A DNA stretch of 64,000 nucleotides, from the NCBI RefSeq assembly GCF_009914755.1, contig NC_060936.1, one strand, 5' to 3'. The stretch comes from the human T2T-CHM13v2.0 reference genome, Homo sapiens. Shown here in pieces: positions 60,972-64,000 of this stretch. A program made the position numbers and the translations under genes. The number at the start of each line of letters is the position of its first letter. Position 1 is the first letter of the stretch. The notes beneath the pieces are model-generated. The model made no database searches, was not told where the DNA came from, and worked only from the letters and a program-made list of their open reading frames with translations.

Positions 60972-61022
60972 ATGATAGATGACTATATTCCAGGGTTTTG
61001 ATGCAAGGAAAAAAGGTACCTA

Positions 61023-61069
61023 CATTCTCCTGTCTCTATTTCATTCTCCTGTCTCTATTTCATTCTCCT
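61023..61069. repeat. 19-bp tandem repeat x2.5 (cattctcctgtctctattt)
   Basis: Visible. Confidence 0.9.
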
Positions 61070-61439
61070 TCTTTTTTGCTCTTGCTCTCATTCTTCCTTA
61101 TTTTTTTCTCCTTTCAAGAGCTGCAATTTTAGCATTATAATAAGATTTGGGAATGAGAGTGACCCCAGATTAGAAGCTACTTTCTTTGGCTTTGGGGAAC
61201 AAAAGGACAAGAAATAAATCAGGCTGAAAGAAACATTTCTTGCCTTTCTAGTAAAGAAGGGAGTTCCTCAGGTGTTCAACCTACCTCACCATGGGGAAGA
61301 ACAGGCAGGAATCCAAGGAAGAAGCATTGCTGAAGAATACAGAGTGTATTCATTCTTGAAGAATGGCATCTGAGTATTCATTTATTTTTTAATTCTTTTT
61401 TATACTTCAGTATGTTAGTGGGGGGTGGGCCTTAGTATA

Positions 61440-61615
61440 GATCCGTCATTCTCAATTCAGAAAGTATAGGGAGCTTTTAAGAGCTGCAAATACTATGTAT
61501 TCTCCCTATTGGTTCAGTTTTAGTTGGTCAGGGCTCGCACACACCTAGTCATTGGACTCTTTAAGGTGCTTTTCATGTAATTCCTATATGCAGCCAAAAG
61601 TCAAAACCACTGATC
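61440..61615. mobile_element. MER5B-like fragment
   Basis: gggagcttttaa...tagttggtcaggg...taattcctatatgcagccaaaagtcaaaaccactg. Confidence 0.55.
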
Positions 61616-62884
61616 CAGAGACAGCTAAAGAAACACTTCTGGTACTCAATTTCTACTTTAGATCAATCAATCCTGAATAAATTTTCAGAGTTTAATTAAT
61701 TTCTAGACCAGTTCTCTGAGATTTATTTTGCAATATTAGTTTAGCAGTGTTTTCTGCAATGTCACCCTTTAGGTATTGTGGATTTCAAATTCAGGGGACT
61801 GAGCTTATGACACTCCAAAGCAAAGCAGTGACTTGAGGACACTCACCTGAGAAATTCCATTTTTAGGAACAGCCCTGAATTGCACATGACCAAGGAGTGA
61901 TTCAGTTGGTATGTCAGTGTCACAGAGAAAGGATGGCAGGGCACGGTACAAGGAGGGCAATCACTGACCAGAAGATCCCGTGAAACTGAAAGAGTGAATG
62001 AAGGGAAAAGAGGGTTTTGAGAAATGATCAAGCTTGCGATCTTAGATCTGAATTGGTATTTAAATACTTATATTCAGTCGTAGTTCAGCAAGAAGATTTT
62101 TCTTATAATTTTCTCTAGCCAGGAATCATGCTCAAAGACAGACAACTCATTTCCTCAGGTGAGTCTAGGCAAATAATTTTATTTGATTAGGAGTCTGAAG
62201 ATGTGGAAGCTAACTGGAATATCTGATATCAGTAACAAAAAGTCAGAAAAAAAGGAACATCACTGTATTTAATGTTGTTCTATTTAATCTTAACTGCAGC
62301 ACTCTGTGATACTCTGAAAACATAAAAATGAATCGATATTGAGAATAGGGATTTTTCAAGTTATTTACTCTGGGATTAAGGTGATGCCTGACAAGAGATA
62401 TAGTACGCTTTTCACACGGTGCTGTAGAATCTCACTGGAAATTTCTGCTTCATAAATAGGAAACTGTATAACATTATTATTTATATTCTTTATGTTGTCA
62501 AAATCAGGACTTAGTCAATGGTGTAGCAGACCAAACCCGGAGACTAGGACGCTTTGCAGAAGAACCAGTAATGTTGAAACTGTGGGCAGTGACCCTACAG
62601 AAGGTGAAAACACATCTGAGACTCCAGAGTAACCAGGAAATAGCAAACTTAGACGTGGTTGGTCAGTATTAGGTGATTCAGAGAAAGGAAGCTACCCTCT
62701 TGAGAGAATGTCAGAGGATTTGATTAGCAATATGTAGCTTTTGTAGCTAAAGTAGTTTTATCATGGAACACAAAAATAGGACACTTCTTCTGGGACTGAG
62801 ATAAAAGTGAGAGCATATTCACAGAGTAAACACAAGGTCAAAAATTGGGGTAGAAGGCACGAAACTGTGGAGAAGGCTAAATTA

Positions 62885-63180
<296 letters not shown>

Positions 63181-63504
63181 TACACTCAACTTGCTCCTGA
63201 ATAGTGTTTTACATCCCCCTAGATGGAACACGGTAGTGGTGAAATTCTAATGTATCTCAAAGCAATAAAAAATAAGTGCAAATCCTAGTACAAAAATCAC
63301 ATTATAGCATGCAACTCTTTGGTTTGTATTTAGAAGTTAAATTCAGTAGTGTATTTTAAACCTTGATATTACCATGCAAAGTATATGCTAAAAATACATG
63401 CAAAATTTTGAACTGTACTTTAAATTTTTCCTCAAATGGGGTGAACCTCATGATGACATAAATATATTTGAAACATTTTTGTATTATTTTATTCTAACTC
63501 AAAT

Positions 63505-63590
63505 AATTTCTTTTCTTTTAAAAAAGCTTTATTGAGGTAGAATTGACATAAACTGCATGTATTTATAGTGCACACTTGGATAAGTTTTGA

Positions 63591-63643
<53 letters not shown>

Positions 63644-64000
63644 CACTTATGAAATCACCACCAAAATTAACATAATAAACATATCTATCACTCTCAAAAG
63701 TTTTCTTCTCCCCTTTTGTAATCCCTTTGTCCTGGTCTCACTGCCCACATCCAAGCAATCATTGATCTGGTTTTGTAACTATAGACCTCTTTGCATTTTG
63801 TAGTTTTATATAAATGCAATCATACATTATGTAGTATTTTTGCCTGGGCTTTTTTTTTTCATTCTGCACAGTTATTTTGAGTTGTGTGTTTCAACAGTTT
63901 ATTCCTCTCCCCTGGTTTTTTTCTTTCCTGAGTAGTATGCCACCACAGGAATATATTACAATTTGTTTATCTATTCATCTATTGATGGATGTTTGTGCTA
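63505..64000 (-). mobile_element. L1MB/L1MC 3' end with internal (TG)n at ~63594-63645; runs off the window
   Basis: gctttattgaggtagaattgacataaactgca, ttttatataaatgcaatcatac, tttgtttatctattcatctattgatgga. Confidence 0.85.

Overview
This is AT-rich, repeat-dense primate (human-like) genomic DNA, most likely intergenic or deep intronic. I recognise no protein-coding gene, RNA gene or CRISPR array. Every long ORF in the track is LINE-1 ORF1/ORF2 remnant, Alu, L2 or microsatellite translation. The window holds about a dozen L1 copies (old L1M/L1MA/L1PB through L1PA7/3/2), seven Alus, two clear solo LTRs, a MADE1 end, L2/MIR/MER fragments and simple repeats. The most unusual structure is a 6.45-kb L1PA3-like insertion at 32555-39005. 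It carries a second same-strand L1 nested in its ORF2 with a 17-bp duplication, and the nested copy shares at least seven non-consensus variants with the host's own 3' end. Other notable items: a local ~234-bp inverted duplication inside an L2 (45705-46419), five TGATGCAA ATF4/C-EBP motifs in 1.55 kb (59453-61006), a microsatellite replacing exactly the RT FADD codons of a near-full-length L1MA, a perfect 33-bp x3 repeat over an AG|GT junction, and a few candidate exons. I found no new multi-gene system. Subfamily names come from recalled consensus sequences, not a RepeatMasker run.
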